Assembly (NCBI GenBank): GCA_022813865.1
Contig: JALDZX010000005.1
Coordinates: forward strand, 248,001-312,000
Direction: 5' to 3'
Length of the DNA: 64,000 nt
Source of the DNA: Xylographa opegraphella
Taxonomy: Eukaryota
In this document: positions 47,733-59,964 of the stretch, one piece after another
Layout of the letters: every line of letters starts with the position of its first letter
Position numbering within the stretch: position 1 is the stretch's first letter
Notes under the pieces: model-generated
Databases searched by the model: none
What the model was told of the DNA's origin: nothing
Seen by the model: the letters and a program-made list of their open reading frames with translations, nothing else
Made by a program: the position numbers and the translations under genes

Positions 47733-48412
47733 GAATCGAACTTGGACCAGGCTGGAGAAACTTTATTCGGAACGAATTTCTGCACACAGACGACAAGGCA
47801 ACACATCTGAACGGGGAGGGAGCAAATCGGAGAGCATTTTTCCGCGACGGGTGCTTTTGCTCAGGCTTGTCGGCGCACATAAGGCATCTTTGGAGGAATA
47901 TTGTTATTTGATACCTTACGGGCATATCAGTGGGTGTGGCGGATATGTTGGCGTTTGGATTCACGTGGCAGCTGCGGGTTTCTAAACTGCAACGAAACGG
48001 CGGGCGCGAGGTACCACTTGTCAACAGATGGGAATCGATATCATGGAGCTATAGGCTTAATGTAATGTATTATGTACTGCATTGCACTGCGAATTTGCGT
48101 CTCAAGGAGTCCTTCGGCCGGACATGGTAGGAACGTCGGCTCGTCGGCTTCACAAGCGCACGGCTTTTCCCGTATCCATTCGTACCTACATAATTGTGGA
48201 CGCACTAAGCCTTATCGTCCGCTGAGAGGCGAATTATTCTCGCTCTAAATTCACGACTCCTCACGCAAATTAAACAACTCAGACCACTCAAAATCCTCCT
48301 ATTCCTCCAAGAATCTCTCGAATCGCAACACACAAAGGTTGCCAGCCTTGACGTTTGATCCGAGGCATCCCTCTCACCACACCACTATATCACAGTATCA
48401 CCGCTTCCCGGA

Positions 48413-49292
48413 ATGGCTTCTCGCGTTTTTACCCCTTCTTTGCGCGCCTTCTCTCGTACCGCAGCTCCTATATCACTTCGCGCTTCTCGCACATTTCAAA
48501 CATCGGTTCGAAGGATGGACACTGCTACTGCGGCTGCAATCCCTGTGCGGAAGCCGGTGGGCGCGTTTCGCGGCGGGTGAGTCTGGCTCGTCATGCCTTT
48601 CCTGGTCCAATTGCCAAACGTGCAGAGCAATTTTGAGCGCGACGCTGACTTCACTTGTGATCAGGCTTGTTGGGTTTCTCCTCGGAGCCGCAGGCGCCGG
48701 CACTCTCGTGTACACCTACATCTTAGACGAATACAAAGTGTCCAACGAATTGTTGACTGAGGACATCTACGTACGTCAATGCATCTAGAGTCTTCTGTTT
48801 TGGACTTTACATTCCGGCATGTACAAGTACGAGTCTGTTATTCAGCCGATTGCTACATACTGCATGGATGATTTGGATTTCTCTGCATTAGACTGCATCT
48901 AGACTTACAGAGCGCGGAAAAGAGGATGGTTTTTGGGTTTTGAGTGATGCTATAATGTCTAAAGATGCTATGAGAAGAATGTGGGGATAATGGCGCTTCT
49001 CGAATTTTACACGTTGGAGATTTCTTTGGCCCCCAAACAATATTTGTTGGCCGAGAGACTCGTTATAGATTGCCTTCAGGGTTTGCATGTTTTTTCTGCT
49101 TCTTCTGCGAAAGATTTTGTTATCTATCATTATAGAACGTGGATGTTTCTAAAGTTCATCTCATCGTCCGAGAAGTTAACTCCAGCTAACCAGCGTTCGT
49201 AATGGCAGGCGCTACAAGCGGCCGTCCAGCGAATACACTCCTACGTGACCACCCTCGAAGAGAAGATAGATGCACTGCAGAAGAAAAAGTGA
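48413..49292 (+). CDS. Small (117 aa) probable mitochondrial single-TM coiled-coil protein, 3 exons (48413-48576, 48665-48770, 49209-49292)
   Basis: Arg/Ser-rich presequence MASRVFTPSLRAFSRT..., RKPVGAFRGGLVGFLLG TM segment, DEYKVSNELLTEDIY|ALQAAVQRIHSYVTTLEEKI; exon phases checked by hand. Confidence 0.85.
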
Positions 49293-49539
49293 AACGGTTT
49301 GACAAAATCTGGCTGGCATTAATCATCCAACACGGAGTTATGGTGTTGTACATACCGCAATGGAGTCATCTGCAGCAATCGATCTTCAAAATGTACATGC
49401 AACGGAGTTCTGTTACCTGATATTACTACTGTATTTGTATCACTTCACTCACTGTAGCACATAATCCACACGCTCAATGCTGGATTGTCGCAGAAGCCCT
49501 GCCATTATTTCATATCATTCTATCCGCGTGTGCAACAGT

Positions 49540-50041
49540 CTAACGAACAGAGAATGACGTCTCGCCCTCCTTCACGTCCAGCTCTTCCTTCTCCACCTTG
49601 ACCACGTGGGCGGCTGGTGGACCGTTGTTCAGATTCTTCAACAGCTTCTTCACGGCCTCGCCGTCTCCTTGCGCCTCGCCTACAACCTTTTGTGCATCAG
49701 CAAGACCACGAGCGTGTGAAGCTACTGCAACAGCGACCTATACCTTATCATTGGTGGTATTGCTGACCCAGCCAGTGAGACCATATGAAGATGCTTTTTT
49801 CTGTGTGAAAGAGCTGGATGCAGTTCAGCGGCTACTGTTCTTCTATGTTGCAAAAGCATATGCAGCTGGAATACCGAAAGTTGACGCCTGCAAAAGTTCA
49901 ATTACTCGGTGGCTTTGATGACCGTGTACTACCTCAGCTCAAACCTTGTACTGTGCCGTGAACTTTGAAGGAGATCTAAGCTTGGTGGTCAGCTACCTGG
50001 TTCCTACATACTCAAGCCGCAATGCGCACTCTTTGAGACAT
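49540..50041 (-). CDS. Acylphosphatase (90 aa), 5 exons, missed by the ORF track
   Basis: Exons 50041-50030, 49975-49945, 49887-49875, 49813-49744 and 49686-49540 translate to MSQRISFKVHGTVQGVNFRSFT...GLTGWVSNT...VVGEAQG...GPPAAHVVKV; catalytic Arg and Asn present. Confidence 0.93.
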
Positions 50042-50660
50042 GGTATCGTCGCTGTGTTTGTTGCTGGATGGTGTTTTGAGGGTAGTCCTTTTAAACTGTT
50101 GCTAGGCTACTTTGTGGTTGATTCAGAGGCGCAAGTGGGGACAATGCCATATTTCACACAATCACTTTCACGCTCTTCGACTGTGACGCAATAACAAACC
50201 TAAAATTGGAACGATGCACTCCGCAATAATGCTTAACCAAAACAAAGTATTATTTTATTATACACGATCAAGAATCTTCACATTCACTGAACAGTCTCAG
50301 AGGTAATCGTCCAACTTCTTCTTCTGCTCAGTTCTGCCCAATCATGACTGTGACTCCGGAGTTGTCCCGTAGGACCAACCGGATCTTCCCCCCAAATGAG
50401 AAGGAAATGAACGCGACTCTTCCGGGATTAGCTGGATGCAAAGCCCCTAGACTACTCAGCCCTGCCACCAATGCGATCAAGGGGGCCCTCGGTATTTCCT
50501 CAACTTTAACAACGTGGTAGCATAAGCGACTGCAAGCGGTTTGTCGGCGTTCATACCCTCATTATTGCTTCATGCTCTTCGACCGATCGACTATCGTAAA
50601 GCTGGTGTTTGGAGTTCCTGGAATCACTGGGTGATAGTCTTGCACGAATCTCTCTTGAGG

Positions 50661-52193
50661 ATGGCTAAGGCCCTTAACCTCACCACATCGACAATGTGTG
50701 AAGACTCCCCTATGTCCTCGCCGCCATTCACTCGAGGGTCGTCTCCGTCGCCCTCAATCTCCCCCACGCCAGCTCTTTTGTCGTGTCCGCAGTTAGATCG
50801 CTGTTTCTCGACTTCTTCGACAATCTCTACCTTCTCGGGCCGTTCCTCCTCAAGTGGGTCAGCAGCTTCTCGTCGACGTGGATATGCACGACCCCAGGGC
50901 GTGGCCTTTGCCGAGTCGGCTAAGAACCGAGATAGCGTTATGAGTTTGGGAAGCATTGCACATCTACAGTACTACTTTGCTCGAACTGGTATCCTGGATG
51001 GAAAGGGAGGTCAGATGGCCAAGGATACGAGGAAAGGTAGCACCGCGTTAGCATTCACAGGCGTTGTTCAGCCACAACATACGCGCTTGCCGCAGTTTAT
51101 TGAGAACGAGAATGACTTTTCGATAACGCCATCTGAAGAGGATGACACCTTTGAGGACTGGGATTCCTCGCTCATGCTTCCGCCAACTGTTAGCACATAC
51201 AGCCACAGGACGCATTACATCGCCCCACCACCGGATGCAGCTACTATGAGGAAGAAATTGGAGGATGAGCTGGCTCGTGTCACCCAGACCATTGCGGAAG
51301 TTCGAGCCCACAAAGGCGGGGATCTGGTGCAACGCGGAGATGACGCTACTCACGAGCAGAGTTTGGCAGAGGATCATAAGACCAACGAGCAGGAATCAGA
51401 TACCTCTGAAGGGTGGCATCAGCTCGAGGGCATGAACATGCTGGATGTGGTTACACTTGCAATAAGATCGGCCAAGATCTACTATACCATGCACGAACAG
51501 CCGCAACGCCTTACCATCATCAAGTCGGAACGGCAGGTCCGGGAAGAGCTACTTGACGTTCTCGATGTTCTCAAGCGTATGGCCATTCGTAATTTTGCTG
51601 GCGGGATAAAAGAGGAAGAATTGCAGATTATCAGTGGGTGGGTGCAAGGTGTGGTAGAGTTCCTCGCAAAGGAGCAAGTTATTGCGGAGCGTGAAGCTGG
51701 AGACCGAGAGAGATGGCAATGGCTCGAGGGTACCTGGGAAGCAGGAGACAGGAGGAGGGAATGGCTCTTCATGAGTACATTTACTGAGAAGGATGACCTG
51801 CCCGAGTGGACAGCACCCTCAGATACTCAGACTCAGCCGACACCGTTTCTGGAAGCTCTCCGTAACGGCCTGACTTTGGTCAATCTGCACAATAGGATCT
51901 TGAAGAAATCGAAACGGCAATTCGGCGAAATCGCGACGTTTCACAATGACACGGCCAAGCCGTATCGAATCGCAGATAACCTTCGCTACTGGATCAAAGC
52001 CGCGGAGATTCGGTGGGAGACAAAGCTTCACCTTGATGTCATGGGAGTGGTCTATGGTAAAGGCGACGAGGTGTGGAAAGACTTTGATGCAGCGATCCTA
52101 ACATGGTGCCGTGCTGTCAGGGAAGAGATCACCAAAGAGTGGAAGCAGGGCTCCGTGCAAGTCGTTCCACTCGTCTCGAGCTCTCCGAGTTGA
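50661..52193 (+). CDS. Conserved fungal hypothetical protein with a C-terminal calponin-homology-like region
   Basis: Long ORF; SVMSLGSIAHLQYYFARTG, LPPTVSTY, FLEALRNGLTLVNLHN...PYRIADNLRYWIKAA. Confidence 0.75.
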   Translation: MAKALNLTTSTMCEDSPMSSPPFTRGSSPSPSISPTPALLSCPQLDRCFSTSSTISTFSGRSSSSGSAASRRRGYARPQGVAFAESAKNRDSVMSLGSIAHLQYYFARTGILDGKGGQMAKDTRKGSTALAFTGVVQPQHTRLPQFIENENDFSITPSEEDDTFEDWDSSLMLPPTVSTYSHRTHYIAPPPDAATMRKKLEDELARVTQTIAEVRAHKGGDLVQRGDDATHEQSLAEDHKTNEQESDTSEGWHQLEGMNMLDVVTLAIRSAKIYYTMHEQPQRLTIIKSERQVREELLDVLDVLKRMAIRNFAGGIKEEELQIISGWVQGVVEFLAKEQVIAEREAGDRERWQWLEGTWEAGDRRREWLFMSTFTEKDDLPEWTAPSDTQTQPTPFLEALRNGLTLVNLHNRILKKSKRQFGEIATFHNDTAKPYRIADNLRYWIKAAEIRWETKLHLDVMGVVYGKGDEVWKDFDAAILTWCRAVREEITKEWKQGSVQVVPLVSSSPS

Positions 52194-53194
52194 GAACTGG
52201 GTATGGAGCCACGTCGTTTTTGGAAGGTGTTTTGCAACCCAGTCTGCTGAGCACGTTTGCTGCACTTATATGCTTGTTGAGCTACGGCCGTTGCACAGTT
52301 GCGCTTTAGATACCCCCAGCATGTCCCTTTAGCAGCTACGCTCTACATCTCATTACATAGGATTCCCCTGGCTTCACAACTTGACATAAGTGGCCAATCG
52401 ACAATGATTACGCGAATGTCAACAAGCGTGTATATTGTGCTCGCCGGCTTCCACATTCAATGTATAGATTGACAAATGCGGTGCCAAAGCCGAGTACGGT
52501 ACATCTGGAAATTCAAGCGATGTGGCAGTAGATAACGCTTCAGCCATGAACACTCTGTTAGGCAGCACCCGTTGAGGTCGAAGGCACAATTGCCCCGTCA
52601 TAAGGCGCGTATCCCAGCATCCGCGTGTGGTCCTCGCCAAAAGCCAAAACAACTCCAGCCCCATTTCCGACCACCATCTCTATTTGTTGACCCCGCCAAC
52701 CCGTAGCCGTTTCCTGTCAATATTGTTGTCTTTGCTGAGCTTCCACAGTCTGGCGAGCATCGGTAGCTTTGTCCATATCCTGTCCTCCGGAGCAAATGTT
52801 CTTGGTGCCTTGAATTGCCTTAGGGTGTTTTGTGTAAATCAACTAACAACTAACGACCGACTACTCCTCCGTACAGCGATCCCCACAGTGCTGAAACACT
52901 TCGTCACCCTTTTGTTACCTGTTTCTCTTTTACGATATTAGACTTTCTCATAGTCCTCTACCACGGTTCAACATGTCAAAAGCGTAGCCGTGAATGAGCT
53001 ACCGAGGCTACTCAGCGGGCAATTTCCGGACGGTCGAAAACCAAGTGGATCCCAGGCGTCTGGAGTGGAACACACAACACATGCAGAAGTTTTAAAATCA
53101 ATTAGGTCGGTCCGGACTGCAGTAGTGGGCGGTTGTCGCTGACGGTCTCTTTCAAGACGGTAAGCCACGGTAGCGACCCTGCTTCAAAAGTGCC

Positions 53195-55657
53195 ATGGCA
53201 GCATTGCAACGCATGATGCCGTCTGCAAGTACGATTTTTGAGCTTGAGAGCCTGCCTCCAACATGTGATGGGAGCGAATCTTCCTCGCCTCCACGTAATG
53301 ACAGTCCAATACGGTCAGCCAACAGCACAGAATCCTACTTCAATCCCAGCGGCTTGTCTCGCACAAATTCGATCTATACGCTCTCCCGAGCATCATTCTC
53401 AAACCAGCTCGCTCAACTAACTTCGCTTCACCTACCCGATGCATCATCGTTATCCTCAAGTGTCGCAGCCATCCCTGCGGCAGCAACTGCCGCAACAGCA
53501 CTTGGTTATGCTGCGATTCAAATACAAAGATGGATACAAAAGGCAGCTGAGGTTCTCGGGGGACTTGATGCTGAGGACGATGTCGAGTGGGCTGCCGCTG
53601 GAGGTCGAGAAGGACTGATAGAGGTGGATGGTGCTATGGTCAAATTTGAGACTCTGGTCCAGGTTTACGTCGTGGCCATTGAAGAGTTGCAAAAGCGAGA
53701 GGACATCTCCAAAGTAGCAAGAGACGAGCTGAAGGCGGTCGTTGATACAATGGATGTAGTGTTAGAGGCATGGGAGAATGTCCGGAATCTGCAGAAATCC
53801 GTGAGAGAGCAAGTCGAGTTGGCGATGGAGTGGGAAGAATTGTGGAACGTTGTGCTAGGGGACATTGGACTGGAAATGGACAACCTCGGTCGATTGGTGT
53901 ACGAGATGGAAGAAAAGAGGCACCAAAGCATGGCTACGGAATCGGTATCTGATGCTGTTCTTGGACTGGATATGCAGGAATTGGAAACGATCGTTGAGGA
54001 GTCACCACTGGGCAACGCCTTTACCAGTAAAGCATCACATCGATTCAGCTTGCCACCAGCGTTTCCGCCAAGCTCGCCCATTGAATCACCAAGCTTACCC
54101 TCCCCACAGGATGATTCGAGCTTGCTGGCTTTGTTTGCGAGGATGCAACCTCTCAGGGCCTCTCTTGACTTTCTTCCGATGAGGCTATCTGGCTTTCAAA
54201 CAAGAGCGGAAGGGATACTTCCTACGGCATGTGACGAGCTCAAAACTCGAAGGCTCAATTTGGAAAAGAAGTGGAAGAAACTTGAGCGTGACGCAGAAGC
54301 ACTTAGACGAGAACTAGCTGAAGATCGATGGGTCATAGTCTTCCAACAGGCTGGCAAGCAGGTTCAGAAGATGTGCGAGTCTGTCGAACGGAGTATCTCG
54401 AAGCTACAAGAAGCTATCGATCTTGGTGCACAACACAATAATCCTCCGATGCTTGCGAAACGGATCGAGGCTTACGAAGCAAAAAAGACGCACTACGGTC
54501 CTGCTATCCCCAGAGTGCTCTCAATGATTGACAAAGGTGTCAACGATCGTGTTACTTTTAATGGCGAAGTCCTACGTCTTCATGCCGATAGTCGAGCTTT
54601 ATGGGCAGCACTAGAAGCGGAAATCCGCGACATGGACCTCTCGTTGGACGACCTGAATATGCGCAAAAGTCAGCAGCTACGAGACTCGATCTCGAGTATT
54701 GTATCGAACGATATTTCCACTGCCGGCAGCGTTCTGGATACGCCGAATAGTTCTCCAGCTTCATCGGTGGTTATGGGTCCTGCAAGTGGTAAAAAGAGCT
54801 TCGCAGCCACTCCAGAGTTGAACGCCGCAAGTCGACGAAGCAGCAGTATCACATCCGCCTCTTCTCGTCCCTCCACGGCTCGCCGCAACGTTGGTCTTCA
54901 GTGCAACTCCCCCATGTCCCTTTCGGCCAAAGGATCACCTTCTGATGTCCGAGGCCGATCTGCGTCTTCAAAAACTGCCTCATCCGCGACCCCGACCCCC
55001 AATTCTCGTTCGAAGCGCCCCAGCCCACTTGCCTCCGACAAGCCTCGCTGGAACTCGTCACCCAAAATCGACCATAGCAGTTTCGGTTATGGCCAGAAAT
55101 CACCCTCACTGACAGCACCGCCCCCTTACTCCAAAAGCAGGTCATTCTATCACTCCAGTTTGTCCAACCTACCTCTCCCTAGCCCCTTGGGTCGTGAACA
55201 CTCCGCCTCACCCGCTCCCTCATTACATAACCCTCGCTCGCGACTTGCCTCCGGAGCCACTAGCTCCCTCGCGGTACACACCCGACGCCATACTTCTCCA
55301 TCACCCGCGCGCCCTGTGCAAGAAAGCGCCGAAACCCCACGAGCCCGTCTACACAGCCAGACTTCCGCTCGAAGACTTCCTCCACCGAACTTTTCCCGTC
55401 GTGCAGGTATCGCTACCGAATCACGTTCGGGCATCTCTACCGAATCATCCGCCGAGTCGCTGCTGCAAGAAGTCGACGAAGGCCTCGCCGAAAACAACTC
55501 CACCACTCGACCGAAGCTTGCCAGACCGGCCACCGCGATGGCAGGCTCGAGCCGCCGGAGCAGCATGCTGCCTGTGCCGAAGGCGAGGGCGGTCAGCGGA
55601 CGAGAAAGCGCCGCGGGAGTGCGAGGTGCGGTGGGGGAGGATAAGGCGTGGCGATGA
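53195..55657 (+). CDS. KAR9: Kar9-family karyogamy/spindle-orientation protein
   Basis: LDAEDDVEWAAAGGREG, LLALFARMQPLRASLDFLPMRL, LAEDRWVIVFQQAG coiled coils; long basic Ser/Pro-rich tail with DKPRWN and an SMLP SxIP-like motif. Confidence 0.82.
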   Translation: MAALQRMMPSASTIFELESLPPTCDGSESSSPPRNDSPIRSANSTESYFNPSGLSRTNSIYTLSRASFSNQLAQLTSLHLPDASSLSSSVAAIPAAATAATALGYAAIQIQRWIQKAAEVLGGLDAEDDVEWAAAGGREGLIEVDGAMVKFETLVQVYVVAIEELQKREDISKVARDELKAVVDTMDVVLEAWENVRNLQKSVREQVELAMEWEELWNVVLGDIGLEMDNLGRLVYEMEEKRHQSMATESVSDAVLGLDMQELETIVEESPLGNAFTSKASHRFSLPPAFPPSSPIESPSLPSPQDDSSLLALFARMQPLRASLDFLPMRLSGFQTRAEGILPTACDELKTRRLNLEKKWKKLERDAEALRRELAEDRWVIVFQQAGKQVQKMCESVERSISKLQEAIDLGAQHNNPPMLAKRIEAYEAKKTHYGPAIPRVLSMIDKGVNDRVTFNGEVLRLHADSRALWAALEAEIRDMDLSLDDLNMRKSQQLRDSISSIVSNDISTAGSVLDTPNSSPASSVVMGPASGKKSFAATPELNAASRRSSSITSASSRPSTARRNVGLQCNSPMSLSAKGSPSDVRGRSASSKTASSATPTPNSRSKRPSPLASDKPRWNSSPKIDHSSFGYGQKSPSLTAPPPYSKSRSFYHSSLSNLPLPSPLGREHSASPAPSLHNPRSRLASGATSSLAVHTRRHTSPSPARPVQESAETPRARLHSQTSARRLPPPNFSRRAGIATESRSGISTESSAESLLQEVDEGLAENNSTTRPKLARPATAMAGSSRRSSMLPVPKARAVSGRESAAGVRGAVGEDKAWR

Positions 55658-56465
55658 AATCGATAGCGGGATTGTGACGGAATGAGCCTGACGGCTCGCT
55701 CTGCGGCTTTCACTGCCGAACCATGCTTTGCTTTTGTGCGAACAACGCGTCTGAGCGTCGGAGTCTGGGTGTTGACTATGGACATGAGGCGAGGTAGGCA
55801 ATATGTATGGCCGGTGGAAGGGATATGGAGGGAAATGCATGGGTGTGAGGGAGGGAGCTGGGGATTGTCAAACGTGCTTCATGTTATGGAGACTCCGGCT
55901 TCCGGGGCGGCTGGGGTTTTTTTGTATATATGTATGATATGATATGAGGTATGGTATGGTCTTCTCGATGAATATATCTGGTTGTGCAACCTTTCTTTGG
56001 CTCCTGGGGAAAGATTGGAGATGTTTGAAGTACATTCGTTGCCCGCGCAGGCTACTTCTTCTTGCAGAAGGGTGGTGGTAGTATAATACTGGCTAATGGT
56101 ACAGAAGCTTGTATATGCGAGATAGATACCGTATCCTCCTAAAAGCCGGACGTTGCGCGCTCCCGAACCACGCCGCGCGATACACTAGTAATTACAAAGC
56201 CCCGTCAACCCCTTTAGAGCCCCCCCCCCCCCGGATCTATCCCCGCGGCTCGCGTGCGGGAGCTATGTACATACACACACAGGTGCTTCCTCCATGAGAC
56301 GCTCGGACGTTTGCAATTGCGCACCGAGGACGAAGCTGTGCCGTCCAGATCTCTTCAGCTGCTAGGAGCGAGCGTTTCTTGGTAGGTAGTGGCGCCGTCC
56401 ATCGGCATCATGACTGATCCACCACGTTCGCTGCGTGCTCTTTACTAGTCGTGATCTCCTCTCTT

Positions 56466-57938
56466 TTATGTCTCCACCCGGCCATCCCGCCGCTCATTCA
56501 CATTCCTCGCCATCTTCTTCCCGATCTCGTAACTGCTGATCATGATCGCACACGCCGGCGCGACCTTTAAGCAGCGCGCCGCCCAACCGCGGAACAAGCC
56601 AGGCAGGCCTTCTGTCCGAAAGATGTGGTACAGGAACCGCGGCATGGAGCGGTCCTCTGGCCGCGAGGTCGTCGCGCTGCTTTTCCCAGCCGAAGCGACG
56701 GCATCGTCCGCGTGCTTGAGCACTTGCTGCCGCGTCTTTCCGACATCGAACGGAGTAGTGACGACGGCGGCGACCGCGCCGCTAAGAGCCCCGGCCGTGA
56801 ATGAGTCGATGAGGGTGATGGTGTGGTTCTCCTTGCTGCGAGACTGACTTCGCAGGCGGGTGCTCTTGCGCTGGGGATCGAGTACGCGGCCGCGCTGCTT
56901 GTCTCGCATGTCGGTCAGGGCGTTGCGGGTGGCTTCGTAGCCCCACCAATAGATGCCACTGAAGGGGACGTCACGCCACATTGTAAGGGTGAGGCCGCGC
57001 CATAGGGATGTGTAACCTTGCGCGGCCACCATATCTTGTAGCCCAGAAAGGGTGGCGCGAAAGACGCCTGTGCCGGATGTGGCTTGCATGCGAGTGCGGA
57101 ACATCTCGACGGGGGAGATGACTGCTGCAGCAGCAATACGGGCGAGAGAGCCGGCGAGGAGCGGAGCGTATGCGTCGGACACATATGATTTTATGGGAGA
57201 GTGCGGGGATGTGCGGAGGGAGTCGTAGCCGGTGAAGTATATAACGTTGGCAGGGATAGCCATTACCAGTGTGGGGGAGAGGCCGCGCCAGAGGGATGAG
57301 AGGCCTTCATTGCGGGCGATCTTGCGGAGACCGTCGAATGTGGAGGTGAAGTTCTTGCGGCGAGTCTCATCAATTGCGCAGTCAGTGAGAGAGGTGGTGG
57401 TTGTGTGGGAGAGACTGTTGATGGAGGGAGTAGAGGTTGTGGGAGTTGCAAGGCAGTATTGGGTGTTGTTGTTGACCCAGAAAACTTCTTTGCAGCAGGC
57501 GGTGACACCAAGGTTAGGCGGTAAATTGGTGAAGGGTTGGGGGATATGGGCGGAAACGGAAGGGGGGCGAGTAGGGGATGTGCTGGAGATTGCGGGTTGA
57601 GACTGAAGACGAACACGGACGACATCGAGAGGGGTGACTGTCATTGATCTCTATCAGTATGCAGAAAGGTTTAATGGTGAAAAATGTATCCTGGACAGAC
57701 CTAGTAAGGAGGTAAGCAGACTACCAGAGACGGCGGAGAGCATTTTCTGGCTGGCAGATATCTCCGTCTCCATTTCTGGCTCTAGCTCATCCATCCTACC
57801 CATTGTCACCGGATTTCCTCCATCGCTACCACTCGGTATTCTATCGTGTCTCTGCCCTTGTGGAGAACTTCGCTCCCCATCTCTCGAGGCAAGATCGCGC
57901 ACGTCAGGCCTGACAGATTCCGAGTGAGATCTAGACAT
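56466..57938 (-). CDS. MTM1: Mitochondrial carrier, Mtm1/SLC25A39-40 type, 2 exons
   Basis: SGSLLTSLL|VTPLDVVRVRLQ, Cys-rich loop TACCKEVFW, LWRGLSPTLVMAIPANVIYFTGYD, RDVPFSGIYW, TTPFDVGKTR, KVAPACAIMISSYE. Start codon uncertain. Confidence 0.9.
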
Positions 57939-58268
57939 ACAACTCAAACAGTGGTACGGTGAAAACTTCGAGCTTCTCGAAAGGGAAGAATGCTCGCTTT
58001 CCTGATAAGAGGGTACGACGTCAATTTCTATTTAGATGATGCTACCTTGATGATGTTATGAAAACGCATTTACGCCGGCCCGGAGCTCGGTCGAACTTTG
58101 TTTTTTTCGAAGACCGACTTTGACCTTTCCATTTACACGCTAGCGTGAAGCTGATCGATAAACGGCCGATGACGCCGTTGAAGATATCAGCCAAAACAAC
58201 TTACCTTGCGCGCTGAAGATTTGTTTAATCCCTTGCGCGTCTTTATCTCTAATCATTCACTAGTCAGC

Positions 58269-59964
58269 ATGACGGACGAAACAAATGAAGAACTCGAGAG
58301 GTTCAGAAGACAATGGCGAGAGGAAGTCACGGCACGAACAAAAGCCGGCTCGGCGACGCAACATATCGGTCTGAAGCCAGAAGTACGTCGAAGATCAAGC
58401 GTGACATTGGATGAGTCTATCCGAGTGCCCCCTGCTCCTTCGATAGTCTACGACCCCAAGCCGGATGCGGAAGACCAGTCGTTCGAAGGGCATGATCCCG
58501 CCGCCTATCATGATTTCGAAGACAAGGACGAGAGACGGCGCCTGGGCGAACACGGCGCAGGAATACATCCAAGCAACGATCGTTCGATTGAGCCTCAGTC
58601 GGCCTTGGAACACTACGAGAAAGCCGTGGAGAGGGAGAATCAGGGTAGCTTGGGAGACAGCTTGACCCACTATCGTAAAGCTTATAGGGTGGGTAGTCCC
58701 AATTGATTTCTATTATTGAGCGCCATAGACTCATACGGTACAGCTCGATGCCAAAGTCGACCAGACATACAAGAACAAGCATTTCCCTCCCTCATACTTC
58801 GCTCCGAAACCTACCAATCCCAACCCCTCAAATGCAGCTGTCACGGTTCCCAATCCCGCCCACCACTCCCTCCACGGGCCCCCCGCCGCAAATGCTTCTC
58901 AACTTATAGCAACCTTTGCCTCGGACGTCTTGACTGGCGTAGTACCTCCCACCGAAGGTTCCCCTCCTCCGCCTTGCCCCATTGCTTCCGTCCCCTTCGA
59001 AGTCCTAATCGAGATCCTTCTCCGCACCGCTACCCTCGACGTAGCAGCCTACGCACGCCTCTCTCTGGTCTGCAAACGTCTTGCCTACCTCGTTTCCACA
59101 GAAGACCGCATATGGAAGCGTGTTTGCTCCGGCCCCGAATTCGGCTTCGCAGCCATGCACTACGCTTTCGCCTGCCACCTCGATGGCACACCTTACCCAC
59201 CACCGTTTACAACTCCTACCGACCCTTCCACTCTCCTCTCTCACCTCAGTCTCTCCCCCAATCTTTCTCCGCTTATCCCGTCCCTTCCCCTCGTCCCTTC
59301 GCATCCCACCTACGCACACTTCTTCCAACACCACCCCCGTTTGCGCTTCAACGGCTGCTACATCAGCACCGTCAACTACGTCCGCCCGGGCGCTTCCTCG
59401 CCCACCCAAGTCTCATGGAACACCCCCGTCCATATCGTGACCTACTATCGCTACCTGCGCTTCCTCCGTAACGGCAGCTGCATCTCACTGCTCACGACCG
59501 CCGAACCGGTCGACGTTGTGCCCTACCTCCTCCCAGAGCACCTACACACCACCCACAGCGGTAACCTACCCAGCAGCGTGATGCGTCATGCTCTGCGCGG
59601 CCGCTGGCGTCTCTCCGGCTCGCCGTTCGAGCTGGCGTCGGACGATAGCCCCGAAGCAGAACCCGATACGCTACCGCTATCACCGGCCTCAAAAACGCAC
59701 GCTGCTGCAGAGGGAAGAGGAGAGAAGGAGCCCCTGGGCAACCTGTACGTCGAGACCGAGGGCCCGGACGCCAAGTACACGTACAGCATGCAGCTGGCGC
59801 TGCGGTCGGCGAGCCACCGGGCGGGGGCGACGCGGAACAACAAGCTGGTCTGGAGGGGCTTTTGGAGCTACAACCGGCTGACGGACGATTGGGCCGAGTT
59901 CGGGCTGCGGAACGACCGGGCCTTTTTCTGGAGTCGGGTGAGGAGCTGGGGTTTGGGGGTTTGA
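58269..59964 (+). CDS. HRT3: F-box protein, Hrt3/Pof7/FBXO9 type, 2 exons
   Basis: ELERFRRQWREEV, ALEHYEKAVERENQGSLGDSLTHYRKAYR|LD, F-box VPFEVLIEIL, PRLRFNGCYISTVNYVRPG, VHIVTYYRYLRF; intron 58689-58743. Confidence 0.9.

Noticed and set aside
56220..56232. Poly-C runs (also about 60240-60253)
   Set aside because: Simple homopolymers within the C-rich skew domains, with no independent evidence of function.
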